A DNA stretch of 64,000 nucleotides from Treponemataceae bacterium (lineage in GTDB: Bacteria > Spirochaetota > Spirochaetia > Treponematales > Rectinemataceae). The position numbers were made by a program, and so were the translations under genes. Positions 9,282-19,620 of this stretch are shown piece by piece (position 1 is the first letter of the stretch; every line of letters begins with the position of its first letter). The notes below the pieces were generated by a model. It was not told the DNA's origin, searched no databases, and was given only the letters and a program-made list of their open reading frames with translations. Where the stretch lies: NCBI GenBank assembly GCA_963678065.2, contig CAXXVZ010000003.1, forward strand, positions 672,001-736,000, given 5' to 3'.

Positions 9282-9830
9282 GTGAAGGACGAGGTGTTTT
9301 ATTCACGCGGTCTGCGCTTTGCATGCACCCGATGCTCATCCTGCTGCAGGGGTGAGCCCGGTTTCGTATTCCTCTCCCGGGACGATCTCTTTCGTCTGCT
9401 CGCTGCCCTCGGCACCGACTTCCGCAGCTTTTTCCGACACTACGCGCTACTCGTCGACACAGGCTCCGGTTTGGCTCTTTCCCTGCGAGAAAAGCCCGGC
9501 AACGACTGCATTTTCTGGTCCACATCAGGTTGTCTGGTGTATGAATCCCGCCCCATCCAATGCTCCACCTATCCCTTCTGGTCAGGGATCGCCGACTCGG
9601 CGAAGGCCTGGGCAGAGGAGAGCGTATCCTGCCCGGGGATCGGTCAGGGAGAACTTCTTCCGCGCTCCCGAATCGAAGAGGCCCTGTACGCAAGGCGCGC
9701 CGCAGGGACAATTCTCTTCCCCCATGGCTTCGATCCCGAGGTTTCAAGACTTCCCGACTTCCTTGCCGCCAAAGACGAGGCCGATGGCGAGGCGGGCAGA
9801 GTCGGCACCGGAGCCGGCGACGGCCGGTAG
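9282..9830 (+). CDS. YkgJ/FliB-family cysteine-cluster protein
   Basis: FACTRCSSCC...CIFW...GCLVYESRPIQCSTYPFW...CPG; AGGAG before GTG. Confidence 0.85.
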   Translation: MKDEVFYSRGLRFACTRCSSCCRGEPGFVFLSRDDLFRLLAALGTDFRSFFRHYALLVDTGSGLALSLREKPGNDCIFWSTSGCLVYESRPIQCSTYPFWSGIADSAKAWAEESVSCPGIGQGELLPRSRIEEALYARRAAGTILFPHGFDPEVSRLPDFLAAKDEADGEAGRVGTGAGDGR

Positions 9831-9834
9831 CGCC

Positions 9835-10155
9835 ATGGCCGTCCACAGCTTCGCCGCACCCTCCGGCCCGCCTGTTTCCCTGACAGCCGACAAACCAGAG
9901 ACCTTGCGCATCGAGATGACACTCGACGAGGCCGTCTCTCTCTATCGGCTTCTCGCCGACTCGGACAGGCAACTCGACGGTCGCCAGCTCGGCCTGGTGC
10001 GGGAACTCAGGGACTTCCTGCATTCTCGACTCTCCCTGCGCGAGATCGAGGGAGAGGATCAGGATGGGGGCCTTGAAGGCGCGAAGTCCCTCTTGCCGGA
10101 AATCCGGGAACCCGTTTCCGGTGCGGAACCACGGAAGCCGACGGAGCAGCGATGA
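9835..10155 (+). CDS. Small hypothetical protein
   Basis: Fills the gap between ykgJ-like gene and mltG; stop overlaps the mltG ATG; helical core LDEAVSLYRLL...LRDFLHSRLSLREIE; start uncertain. Confidence 0.5.
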   Translation: MAVHSFAAPSGPPVSLTADKPETLRIEMTLDEAVSLYRLLADSDRQLDGRQLGLVRELRDFLHSRLSLREIEGEDQDGGLEGAKSLLPEIREPVSGAEPRKPTEQR

Positions 10156-11186
10156 AAAAACACGCCGGAGCTGCCATGAAAACAATTGCCCTCGGTGCAG
10201 GCATCCTCGCCGCTATCCTTATCATCCTCATGCTCGGGCTTGCGTTCATCCCCATCTCCGGAATTCCGTCCGGCGGGAAAATATACAAGGTCGAAAAGGG
10301 GGAAGGGGCCGCCATCCTCGCGCGAGGCCTTGAATCCGAAGGCCTCATCCGCTCCGCCGTAGTCTTCATGATCGCCGCGCGCCTCGGCGGCGCGAGCTCT
10401 TCCCTCAAGGCAGGCACCTACAAGCTCGAACCAGGCATGAACCTCGTCGCCGTCCTCTCCGCCATCGCGAACGGTCGACAGTACACGGTGCGGATAACCA
10501 TTCCCGAGGGGTACACAGCCCGGATGATCGCGGGCATGCTCGCGGAGGCAGGCATCGTGAGGAAGGATGAGTTCCTCTCGGCGGTCACGGACAGAAAACT
10601 CTGTACAAGCCTCGGCGTACCGGCTTCCAGCCTCGAAGGTTACCTCTTTCCGGACACGTATTTTTTCCCGCCCGAAGCGGATGCGCGGGAAGTGGCGGGG
10701 CGCATGGTCGGGGCTTTCAGGGAAAGGCTCTCTGAGTTTCCGGAGGCCTCCTCCATGGACCCGGTCAAACTGCATGAGACAGTGATACTCGCCTCCATCA
10801 TCGAGCGTGAATACCGTATCCCCTCCGACGCTCCCCTCATGGCCTCCGTTTTCCTGAACCGACTGGCTATCGGCATGCGTCTCCAGTCCTGCGCGACCGT
10901 CGTCTATGTCATCACCGAAAAAGAGGGCAAGCCCCATCCCGAGATCGTGACCCGGAAGGACCTGACCATACCCGACGCCTACAATACATACCTGCACAAG
11001 GGGCTTCCGCCGGGACCCATCTCGAATCCGGGCATGACTTCCTTCAGGGCAGTATTCTTTCCGGCAAAAACACCGTACTTTTACTTCAGGCTGACCGATC
11101 CCGCCACGGGCAGCCACCGTTTCTCCAGAACACTGGATGAACATGTCGATACGGGATCTTACATCGTCAAGAAACCGGGGAAGTGA
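10152..11186 (+). CDS. mltG: Endolytic transglycosylase MltG
   Basis: N-terminal TM; TIPEG, LEGYLFPDTY, LASIIERE, YNTYLHKGLPPGPISNPG. Confidence 0.93.
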   Translation: MKKHAGAAMKTIALGAGILAAILIILMLGLAFIPISGIPSGGKIYKVEKGEGAAILARGLESEGLIRSAVVFMIAARLGGASSSLKAGTYKLEPGMNLVAVLSAIANGRQYTVRITIPEGYTARMIAGMLAEAGIVRKDEFLSAVTDRKLCTSLGVPASSLEGYLFPDTYFFPPEADAREVAGRMVGAFRERLSEFPEASSMDPVKLHETVILASIIEREYRIPSDAPLMASVFLNRLAIGMRLQSCATVVYVITEKEGKPHPEIVTRKDLTIPDAYNTYLHKGLPPGPISNPGMTSFRAVFFPAKTPYFYFRLTDPATGSHRFSRTLDEHVDTGSYIVKKPGK

Positions 11187-12991
11187 TGTCTCGAATACCC
11201 GAAAGCGTCATCGGCGAGATACTTCAGAAAACGGATGCGGTCGCAGTCATCGGAGACAAGGTCCGTCTGGCCAAAAAGGGAGGACGCTGGATCGGGCTCT
11301 GTCCTTTCCATGGCGAGAAGACTCCCTCGTTTTCCGTGGACGCCGACAAGGGACTCTTCTACTGTTTCGGCTGCCACAAGGGTGGCAGTGTCGTCGACTT
11401 TCTCATGGAGCTCGACAAGCTGAACTACCGGGAAGCCCTCGAGGAGCTCGCTTCCCGCGCGGGAGTCGTCATCCCCGCGGACAGACAGGAAGATCCGGCA
11501 GAGGACAGGGAAAGAAAATCTCTCTATGAGCTCCACGAGAGACTGGCCGGAACCTTTCACTGGTTCCTCACTTCCCATCCTTCAGGCGAACGGACAAAAG
11601 AGATTCTCCTCTCCCGAGGCCTGTCCACATCGATCATCGAGGATTTTCGCCTCGGCTACGCGCCGGCCGACCCCCGCTGGCTCTATGGTTTTCTCTCATC
11701 GAAAGGCTATTCCGCGGACTTTCTCTCAAGGACAGGACTCTTCGGCGGCAGGACGGGGACGTGGCCGATTTTCACCGACAGGATGATGTTTCCCATCGCC
11801 GACAATAGGGGAAAGGTCATCGCCTTCGGCGGACGCCTCCTCGGAGGCGATGGTCCCAAATACCTCAATAGCCCCGAAACAGCCATCTTCAAGAAACACG
11901 ACACGCTCTTCGCCCTGGACAAGGCCCTTTCCGCCATCAAGAAAGAGAGCCGGGTGCTCATCTGCGAAGGATATATGGACGCGCTCTCCTTCCACGCGGC
12001 CGGGCTCGGTTTCGCTGTCGCCCCTCTCGGCACCGCCTTCACGCCGAGCCAGGCCCGTCAGCTCAAACGCTGGAGCGACACCGTCATACTCTGTTTCGAT
12101 GCCGACGAGGCGGGCCGGAAGGCGGCCGAACGCTCCTGCGCCATCGCCGCCGCCGCTGGACTGGACGTGAAAGTCGCCAGAATGCAGGGTGGAAAGGACG
12201 CTTCCGAAATTCTGGAAAAAGTCGGAGGCGAAGCATTGAAAAAAATCCCGGATTCCACTATAAATGGAGGGGATTTTCTCGTACGGCGCGCACGGGAGCT
12301 TTTTGACGTCTCCACAGTGGAAGGCAAATCGAAAGCCATCGGTTTTTTGTACCCTTATATCGGAGCGCTGGACTCCGAAGTAAAACGTTCCGCATTTATC
12401 GAGTCAGCCTCGCGTGAGCTGGGAGCGAACCCCGTCTCCGTGCGGGCGGACTATGAGAGTGCGGCCCGTACTGGAGCGCAGAGGGGCCAGGCGCGCGAAC
12501 GGGACCATGCGGAGATAGAGACTTCCCAGGCGGGGATGCCTGCCCGGACGGGGGACCTCGTCCTTCTTTCGGCCCTCGTGCTCAATCCCGAACGTTTCGG
12601 CGGGATACGCGAGTCGCTTGTGCCGGGCGATCTCGACGATGCGCGTGCGAGAGACCTGTATTTCGCCCTCGAGGAATCCTGGCGGGCGGGGGAGAGGAGC
12701 GTGGAAGCCGCGCTCGCGCGTGTCGGCGACGAAGCTGCCCGGCGCTTCGTGCTCTCCGTCGCCGCTGCAGGCGAACTGTCGGCCAATGCTGACAGATTTA
12801 TCGACGATGGCCTCGCCGTCGTCAAGAGACGGACTCTGGAACGGAGGAGGGAACGATTGCTGTCTGCCATGGCGCACCCCGATGCCTCTGAAGACGGAGA
12901 CGGTCCGTCCCTCAATGATCTCCTGTACGAGAAAATGACACTCGACACAGAGCTTGCTGCACTTAAAGGTGAGGTTGATGAACGATCTTGA
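11186..12991 (+). CDS. dnaG: DNA primase
   Basis: [17 protein letters not shown] zinc finger, [24 protein letters not shown]. Confidence 0.97.
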   Translation: MSRIPESVIGEILQKTDAVAVIGDKVRLAKKGGRWIGLCPFHGEKTPSFSVDADKGLFYCFGCHKGGSVVDFLMELDKLNYREALEELASRAGVVIPADRQEDPAEDRERKSLYELHERLAGTFHWFLTSHPSGERTKEILLSRGLSTSIIEDFRLGYAPADPRWLYGFLSSKGYSADFLSRTGLFGGRTGTWPIFTDRMMFPIADNRGKVIAFGGRLLGGDGPKYLNSPETAIFKKHDTLFALDKALSAIKKESRVLICEGYMDALSFHAAGLGFAVAPLGTAFTPSQARQLKRWSDTVILCFDADEAGRKAAERSCAIAAAAGLDVKVARMQGGKDASEILEKVGGEALKKIPDSTINGGDFLVRRARELFDVSTVEGKSKAIGFLYPYIGALDSEVKRSAFIESASRELGANPVSVRADYESAARTGAQRGQARERDHAEIETSQAGMPARTGDLVLLSALVLNPERFGGIRESLVPGDLDDARARDLYFALEESWRAGERSVEAALARVGDEAARRFVLSVAAAGELSANADRFIDDGLAVVKRRTLERRRERLLSAMAHPDASEDGDGPSLNDLLYEKMTLDTELAALKGEVDERS

Positions 12992-14702
12992 ACTTGATCC
13001 CGCGATCGCGAAGCTCCTCGAATACGCGAAAACCAAAAAATCCATAAGCTTCGACGAACTTTCGGATTTCCTCCCCGAGTCGATTCTCAACTCCGACAAG
13101 ATAGACGGTATCCTCGCCCTCCTGGAGAGCAACAACATCCAGCTCGAGGAAGAAGAAATCCAGGTCGAAGAAGAGCCAGCGGCAAAACGTGAGGTCGAGA
13201 AAAAGCGACTGGTCTACAACGACAAGGAATCCTCGGTCGACGATCCGATCCGGCTTTACCTCCGGGAGATCGGCAAGGAGAACCTCCTCACCGCCGAACA
13301 GGAAGTCGAGCTCTCCAAATCCATGGAGGAGGGCGAGGAGATCATAAAGAGGATCATCCTCAAGTCCGGCGTTCTCATCCCGGAATTCCACGTGATCGCC
13401 GTCAAGGCGACGCGGCGCGATTCCAAGGATTCATCCAATCTTCGCAAGGAAAACACTGAAAAAATCGCCGAAAGACGGCGTCTCAACCAGTTTTACCGCG
13501 ACATCATCCGTGATTGCCTTGTTGAGCTGAAGGAGTATGTCGAAATCAAGCGACGCATCGTGTCGCGCGGCGGCGACGTGTTCTCCGACCAGGATCTCAC
13601 CCAGCGAAGAAACACCCTCCTGGCCCGGATCGCTGTCGCGGAGATACACCCGGAGGAGATCAACAGCTTCTCCGAGAAGTTCATCAACGCCGCGCGCAAG
13701 ATCCGGAAATACCGCAAGGAGCAGGAACGCCTCGAGCGCATCCTCAACATAAGCTCGGTAAAGGAACTCAGGACTCTCGGCCGCAATCTCACCGTAAAGG
13801 AAAAGCGGACAGAAATCGAAGAATACCTCGGCCTGTCCTCCGATGAAATAAAGGAGAAGATCCGCCAGGTCCAGGTCACCGAGAAAAAACTCAAGGAGTA
13901 CGAAATCTCCTTCGAGTCCGACTGCGATCACATCATCATCATGGCCAAGGAGATAAACCGTGGCCGCATCATGATGAAGAACGCCAAGGACCGCCTGATC
14001 AAGGCCAACCTCAGGCTCGTCGTCTCGATCGCCAAGAAATACACCAACCGCGGACTCCACTTCTTCGACCTTGTCCAGGAAGGCAACATCGGCCTCATCA
14101 AGGCAGTCGAGAAGTTCGAGTACCGCAAGGGCTACAAGTTCTCGACCTACGCCACCTGGTGGATACGCCAGGCCATCACCCGCTCCATCTCCGACCAGGC
14201 GAGGACGATCCGCGTGCCTGTCCACATGATCGAGCAGATCAACAAGGTCGTGCGCGAATCCAGGCAACTCATGCAGAAACTAGGGCGGGAGCCTACGGAC
14301 GAGGAAGTCGCCGGCCAGCTCGGCTGGCCTGTTTCCCGCGTCAAGAGCGTCAAGAACGTCGCCCGCGAACCGATTTCCCTCGAGACACCTATCGGCGAGG
14401 ACGAGGATTCCCTTCTCGGCGATTTCATCGAAGACAAAGAAGTCGAGAACCCCTCCGTCCAGACCGACTACAAGCTCCTCCAGGAGCAGATTCGCTCCGT
14501 CCTCTCCACGCTCCCCCCCCGCGAGCAAGAGGTTCTGCGCATGCGCTTCGGCCTCGACGACGGGTATTCTCTCACGCTGGAAGAGGTGGGGCTCTACTTC
14601 AACGTCACCCGCGAGCGTATCCGCCAGATCGAGGCGAAGGCGCTCAAAAAACTCAGACATTTCAAACGGAGCCAGAAGCTCCGCGATTACATGGATCATT
14701 AG
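12978..14702 (+). CDS. rpoD: RNA polymerase primary sigma factor
   Basis: [55 protein letters not shown]. Confidence 0.97.
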   Translation: MNDLELDPAIAKLLEYAKTKKSISFDELSDFLPESILNSDKIDGILALLESNNIQLEEEEIQVEEEPAAKREVEKKRLVYNDKESSVDDPIRLYLREIGKENLLTAEQEVELSKSMEEGEEIIKRIILKSGVLIPEFHVIAVKATRRDSKDSSNLRKENTEKIAERRRLNQFYRDIIRDCLVELKEYVEIKRRIVSRGGDVFSDQDLTQRRNTLLARIAVAEIHPEEINSFSEKFINAARKIRKYRKEQERLERILNISSVKELRTLGRNLTVKEKRTEIEEYLGLSSDEIKEKIRQVQVTEKKLKEYEISFESDCDHIIIMAKEINRGRIMMKNAKDRLIKANLRLVVSIAKKYTNRGLHFFDLVQEGNIGLIKAVEKFEYRKGYKFSTYATWWIRQAITRSISDQARTIRVPVHMIEQINKVVRESRQLMQKLGREPTDEEVAGQLGWPVSRVKSVKNVAREPISLETPIGEDEDSLLGDFIEDKEVENPSVQTDYKLLQEQIRSVLSTLPPREQEVLRMRFGLDDGYSLTLEEVGLYFNVTRERIRQIEAKALKKLRHFKRSQKLRDYMDH

Positions 14703-14716
14703 GCGAGGTGCCCCAC

Positions 14717-15580
14717 ATGCTGATGGAAGAACGACTACAGAAACTTGAAGAATACCAGGCCATACTCACCAGGCGCGTAGCCGTCGAGAAAGAAGTCCAC
14801 GAGATCCCGAAGGCGCTGGATGTCCAGATCGAGCTTCTTACCAGGATCAAGCGCTCCTATTCCGAGAAGGCACAGGCCTTCGCCACCGCTGAGACACGCG
14901 TGCGCGAACTGCGCCAGCTTCTCGCCGAAGCCGAGGCCACGCGCGAAACGGCCGAAAAACAGATGGACGTCATCAAGACCCAGCGCGAGTACGAGGCCCT
15001 CAACAAGGAAATCCGCGACGCGACAGAGCACGAGCACTCGTACCGCAAGGATCTCCAGAGAGAGGAGCGCGATCTCGCCGAACTCGAGGAGTCCCTTCGC
15101 CGCGAAGAATCCATGATCCAGCTCCAGGAGTCCGAGATCGCCGAGAAGAGCGAGAGGATCAACGCCGAGAAGGATTCCAAGCTGGCGGAAATCACGGAAC
15201 TCACGGTGCAGGGGGCGGAGGTCTCCGAGGGCATCGAAAAGGAAATCCTCGACAAATTCGAGAGGATCATCAGGTCAAAACAGAATGTCGGCATCGTCAA
15301 CATCAAAGGCTGTGTCTGTACGGGATGCTACATGGTCCTGCCCGCCCAGTTTGTCAACGATGTCCGCCAGCAGAACAAGATCGTTTTCTGCCCCTACTGC
15401 TCCCGCGTACTCAAATACCAGGAAACCGGAGATCAGGAGGGAGACCAGCTCTTCATCGACATCGAGTCGGGATCCCTTTCGGACCTCGAGGACTATGCCG
15501 AGGAGGGCGAGGACGACTCCTACGACGAGGATTCCGATGACGACGACAAGGATTCTCCGATGGACGATTCGGAGAACTGA
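14717..15580 (+). CDS. Coiled-coil protein with C4 zinc ribbon (CT398/HP0958-like) and acidic tail
   Basis: Long heptad region with REYEALNKEI, CTGC...CPYCSR; GAGGTG RBS. Confidence 0.85.
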   Translation: MLMEERLQKLEEYQAILTRRVAVEKEVHEIPKALDVQIELLTRIKRSYSEKAQAFATAETRVRELRQLLAEAEATRETAEKQMDVIKTQREYEALNKEIRDATEHEHSYRKDLQREERDLAELEESLRREESMIQLQESEIAEKSERINAEKDSKLAEITELTVQGAEVSEGIEKEILDKFERIIRSKQNVGIVNIKGCVCTGCYMVLPAQFVNDVRQQNKIVFCPYCSRVLKYQETGDQEGDQLFIDIESGSLSDLEDYAEEGEDDSYDEDSDDDDKDSPMDDSEN

Positions 15581-15597
15581 TTGCATAGTGTAGTAAT

Positions 15598-16110
15598 AGG
15601 CGGGCCGTGCCGCCGCTTCGCGTCCGGTGACGGGCGTGGAGAGGAAAGTCCGGGCTCGATAGAGTGCGATGCCGGGTAACACCCGGGCTTCGGATCTGAC
15701 CGGTCCCCGAAAGGGAGCCAAGGCGGATTCCGGGGACAGAGAGCGCCACAGAAAACAAACCGCCGGACGCGATGGCAGGGGCGCAAGCCCCGAACATTGC
15801 GAGGTAAGGGTGAAAAGGTGGGGTAAGAGCCCACCGCGGAACTGGCAACGGTTCCGGCATGGCAAGCCTCGTCGCGAGCAAGGCCGAGCAGCGAAGGGTT
15901 ACTCGCCCCGCGCCACCGCACCGTTTCCCCGGGTATGCCTTCGGGCGATCCGGGAGGCAGCCGATGGTGCAATTCGCGGGTAGGTCGCTTGATTCCGGGG
16001 GAGACTCCGGGACCAGATGGATGGCGGCAGCCTCGTCGCGGTGGATCGGGTTTCCGAAAGGAAACGCGGTTTCTTCGGCGGGGAACAGAACCCGGCTTAC
16101 AGGTCCGCCT
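15598..16110 (+). ncRNA. rnpB: RNase P RNA, bacterial type A, extended
   Basis: GAGGAAAGTCCGGGC, AGCGCCACAGAAAA, GGGTGAAA, GGTAAGAGCC, GAGCAAG, ACAGAACCCGGCTTA; P1 AGGCGGGCC/GGTCCGCCT. Confidence 0.95.
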
Positions 16111-16196
16111 TTTTTTGAAAGTCCATCTTCATTGACGATATGGTGCTTAGTATGGTAAATGTTTCTCTGACAATACTGTGGCGCAAGTAGGCCCGA

Positions 16197-17168
16197 ATGA
16201 AATTTTTCTCCGGAACCCGGATCAAGCCTCCTGTCGACTATATTTCCCGGCGCCGCCGCATGCGCATCGCCGTTATCCTTTCCGCCCTTGCCATCCTCGC
16301 CTTCGCTCTCTCCGTAGTTGGCGCGGCCATCGACAGAGGTCCATTTTCCTCTGCGGGAGGTTCAAGGCCCGTACCGAAATCCGCGATACTGAACCAGTGG
16401 AAGGCGAAGGACTACGACACAGTCCTCCAGTCCACCGGGAACTCCCTGGGTGCGCGCCCCATCGACCCATTCTACCTTGTCTTCAACGGGCTCGCTTCCT
16501 TCTACAAGGCGGTGGCCATGCCGGAGAGCGATGAGCGCACCGCACTCCTCGACAACACTGTTGTATCGATCCGAAAGGCGCTCTCGTCGGGCAGGAAGAT
16601 GCCGGTGCGCGCCCAGGCTGAATATGTGCTCGGCAAGGCTTACTACCACAAAGGCTCCGACTACTACGACCTCGCGGCAGTCTATCTGGAAGCTTCTGTC
16701 GGGCATGGCTATGTCGCAAATGACAGCCATGAATACCTTGGAGCGCTGTATGCCGGTCTCGGCCAGAGCGCGAAGGCGATCGGCCACTTCGAAAAAGCGC
16801 TGGAAGTGGGGAAATCAGACCTTCTCCTCCTCTCGACGGCCAAAGCCTATGCCGAGGCCGGAGAGAACGGAAAATCCGAAGCCCTTCTCCAGGAGATTAT
16901 CTCCACGGGAACCGATGCGCTGATCCGCGAGAAAGCCGGCCTTCTTCTCGGCAACATTTTCCGGGGCCGAAGGGAGTTCGCGCGCGCGGAAGAGTTCTTC
17001 AACGCCGTCCTGTCCAAAAATCCGGATTCCGCGGATGCGTACTACAATCTGGGGCTCGTCTACCAGGATAAAGGCGATCCGGTCCGCGCGCGCGCAGCCT
17101 GGAGAAAGGCGGTGTCCATCGATCCGATGCACCAGGCGTCACGACAGAAACTGAGCGAAAAGCTCTGA
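16197..17168 (+). CDS. Membrane-anchored TPR protein
   Basis: N-terminal TM followed by TPR repeats ([24 protein letters not shown]). Confidence 0.85.
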   Translation: MKFFSGTRIKPPVDYISRRRRMRIAVILSALAILAFALSVVGAAIDRGPFSSAGGSRPVPKSAILNQWKAKDYDTVLQSTGNSLGARPIDPFYLVFNGLASFYKAVAMPESDERTALLDNTVVSIRKALSSGRKMPVRAQAEYVLGKAYYHKGSDYYDLAAVYLEASVGHGYVANDSHEYLGALYAGLGQSAKAIGHFEKALEVGKSDLLLLSTAKAYAEAGENGKSEALLQEIISTGTDALIREKAGLLLGNIFRGRREFARAEEFFNAVLSKNPDSADAYYNLGLVYQDKGDPVRARAAWRKAVSIDPMHQASRQKLSEKL

Positions 17169-17185
17169 TCATTCAGGAGGAAACA

Positions 17186-18229
17186 ATGGCTGGATTCAAT
17201 ATATTCAATTATTTCTCTCTCGATATCGGCATCGACCTCGGAACCTGCAACACCCTCATCTATGTCAGCGGCAAGGGAATCGTCGTGAATGAACCCTCCG
17301 TCGTCGCCGTGGAGCGGGGAACAGGCAGAGTCCTCGCAGTCGGGACCGAGGCGAAGGCCATGCTCTGGAAGACGCCCGGCGACATCATCGCCAAGCGTCC
17401 CTTGCGCGACGGCGTCATCGCCGATCCCGACATGACCGAAAAGATGATCAAGTACTTCATCCAGAAAGTCATAGCCCGCAACTGGTTCGTGAAGCCGAGG
17501 GTCGTCATCGGCGTCCCCTCGTGCATCACCAAAGTCGAAGAAAACGCTGTCATCGATTCCGCCTACAAGGCGGGAGCGAGATCGGTGAAGGTCATAACCG
17601 AGTCCCTGGCCGCCGCCATCGGCGCGGGCATACCCATCGTCGAGCCGGCCGGCCACATGATCTGCGATATCGGCGGTGGAACATCGGAAATATCGGTCAT
17701 CTCTCTCAAGGGAATGGTCGTCACGAGCGCCATCCGTGTCGGCGGCGACAAGTTCGACGAGGGCATCATCAAGCATATCCGGAATGTCCACAATCTCATA
17801 ATCGGCGAACAGACGGCCGAGAAGCTCAAAATCGAGATAGGCAACGCCACGCCCGAAAAAACCATCGAGAAGATGGAGATAAAGGGAACAGACGCGATCA
17901 CGGGACTTCCGCGTCGCTTCGAAGTCGATTCCGTGGAGATCCGCGAAGCCCTCATCGGCCCGGTCACCCTCATCGTCGAAGAGATCAAGAAGGTCCTCGG
18001 CCGCACGCCCCCGGAACTCGCCGCCGACATCGTCGAGCGCGGCATCGTCATGGCGGGAGGAGGATCCCTTCTCAAAGGCTTCCCCAAACTCGTGGCCAAG
18101 GAGACGGGCGTTCCCGTCATTCTGGCCGAAAAACCCCTCGAGTGCGTGGCCATCGGTGCGGGAAAGTATTTCGAGACCATGAAGAGCCGCGAAGGTGCGG
18201 CCAGCGTGTACGACAGCCTGAATCTCTAG
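17186..18229 (+). CDS. mreB: Rod shape-determining protein MreB
   Basis: [50 protein letters not shown]. Confidence 0.97.
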   Translation: MAGFNIFNYFSLDIGIDLGTCNTLIYVSGKGIVVNEPSVVAVERGTGRVLAVGTEAKAMLWKTPGDIIAKRPLRDGVIADPDMTEKMIKYFIQKVIARNWFVKPRVVIGVPSCITKVEENAVIDSAYKAGARSVKVITESLAAAIGAGIPIVEPAGHMICDIGGGTSEISVISLKGMVVTSAIRVGGDKFDEGIIKHIRNVHNLIIGEQTAEKLKIEIGNATPEKTIEKMEIKGTDAITGLPRRFEVDSVEIREALIGPVTLIVEEIKKVLGRTPPELAADIVERGIVMAGGGSLLKGFPKLVAKETGVPVILAEKPLECVAIGAGKYFETMKSREGAASVYDSLNL

Positions 18230-18238
18230 GCAGCGCGC

Positions 18239-19117
18239 GTGTCCGCCACAGTCTCCAAGCCGGGCAACCGGCAAAGAACGATACTTCCTCTGATTCTTCT
18301 CGTGATGAGCCTCCTTGTCCTCTCGGTCTCGACAAACAGGCTTGAATCTGCCACACGGGACTTCGGACTGACGGTCGCCGGCGTATTCCAGAAGGGATTC
18401 GCCGGGGTTGGCGACTTCGTTTCCGGGTTCTTCAACTCGATAGGCGAACTGCGGCGACTCCGGAAGGAGTATGCCCTTCTCTCCGGCAAGCTCGAAAAAT
18501 ACTCCAATCTCGAGCGGGATTTTGCGGACATCAAGCTCGAAAACGAGAGACTGAAAGAGCAGCTCGGTTTTTCGGAACTCGTGGGTTACGAGCGGATACC
18601 CGCCAGAATCATCGCCAAAGACCCGGAAAGCCGTTATCTGACTCTCACTATCGATCAAGGTTCGACGGACGGTGTCAGGAAAAATATGGCCGTCGTGGCA
18701 TTTCAGGGAGGCGTGGAAGCCGTCGTCGGAAAAGTTGTCGCCGTCGGAGCCCACACTTCCATGGTCATTCCGATAAACGACTCGCGATCCTTTGTCGCCG
18801 CGCGGATCTCCACCACCCGGAACGAGGGCCTCGTGACCGGCCAAGGTTCCGAATACAAACCCCTCCTTCTGAAATATGTTGCCAAATCGGCGGGAACCTC
18901 GATTCAATTCGGGGATCTCGTCGTGACCTCAGGATACGAATCGGTATTCCCGCCCGATATCGCGATCGGCCGCGTCAGAAAAATCAACACACCCGATTAT
19001 CTGACCTCTGCTGAAATCGAACTGGACCGTGCGTTGGACTTCTCGCGGATCGAGTATGTCTTCGTCATCAGCAGGACCGCGGAAGAGGCCAAAACCATCG
19101 CGGAGACCAAGAAATGA
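18239..19117 (+). CDS. mreC: Rod shape-determining protein MreC
   Basis: TM, coiled coil ENERLKEQL, IDQGSTDGV, GDLVVTSG..FPPDI; position after mreB. Confidence 0.92.
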   Translation: MSATVSKPGNRQRTILPLILLVMSLLVLSVSTNRLESATRDFGLTVAGVFQKGFAGVGDFVSGFFNSIGELRRLRKEYALLSGKLEKYSNLERDFADIKLENERLKEQLGFSELVGYERIPARIIAKDPESRYLTLTIDQGSTDGVRKNMAVVAFQGGVEAVVGKVVAVGAHTSMVIPINDSRSFVAARISTTRNEGLVTGQGSEYKPLLLKYVAKSAGTSIQFGDLVVTSGYESVFPPDIAIGRVRKINTPDYLTSAEIELDRALDFSRIEYVFVISRTAEEAKTIAETKK

Positions 19118-19620
19118 CGTCCGTGATTTTCCTTTCGACTATCCTTCTCTCCACGATGGGCATTATCCAAGGCACATGGCTCAAGGATCTGACGATCCTC
19201 GGTGCGGCTCCTGATTTCCCGATGCTCATCCTCATGTGGCTCTCTTTCAACAATGCCCGGGGCGAAGGGCCCGTTTCGGGCTTCCTCGCAGGGCTTGTCG
19301 AGGATATCATCTCTTCGGCGCCTTTCGGCTTCCACGCCTTCAACCGGACACTCGTGGCATATATCGCTTCGCTCTTCCACGGATCATTCCACATAGATAA
19401 TATCATCATGCCCGCGCTGTTCGGCATCGGCGGGACTCTCCTCAAAGCCCTGTCATCATTCCTCCTCTCCCTCTTGTTCGGGGCTGCCATTTTCACCTAT
19501 TCACTAGTAGAATCTTCTTTCTGGATTCAGTGCGGAATGAACGGCATACTCGCCCCTCTCGTATTCTTCCTTCTGTCCAAGACACGGCGCTATCTGGTCA
19601 CGGACGATAAAAAGCGATGA
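19114..19620 (+). CDS. mreD: Rod shape-determining protein MreD
   Basis: Hydrophobic; PD motif, GFLAGLVEDI; synteny. Confidence 0.9.
   Translation: MTSVIFLSTILLSTMGIIQGTWLKDLTILGAAPDFPMLILMWLSFNNARGEGPVSGFLAGLVEDIISSAPFGFHAFNRTLVAYIASLFHGSFHIDNIIMPALFGIGGTLLKALSSFLLSLLFGAAIFTYSLVESSFWIQCGMNGILAPLVFFLLSKTRRYLVTDDKKR

Noticed and set aside
15275..16158. Several short ORFs across the rnpB region
   Set aside because: The region is explained by RNase P RNA; the ORFs lack coding features
17060..18907. 615 aa minus-strand ORF opposite mreB/mreC
   Set aside because: Antisense shadow with no recognisable domain
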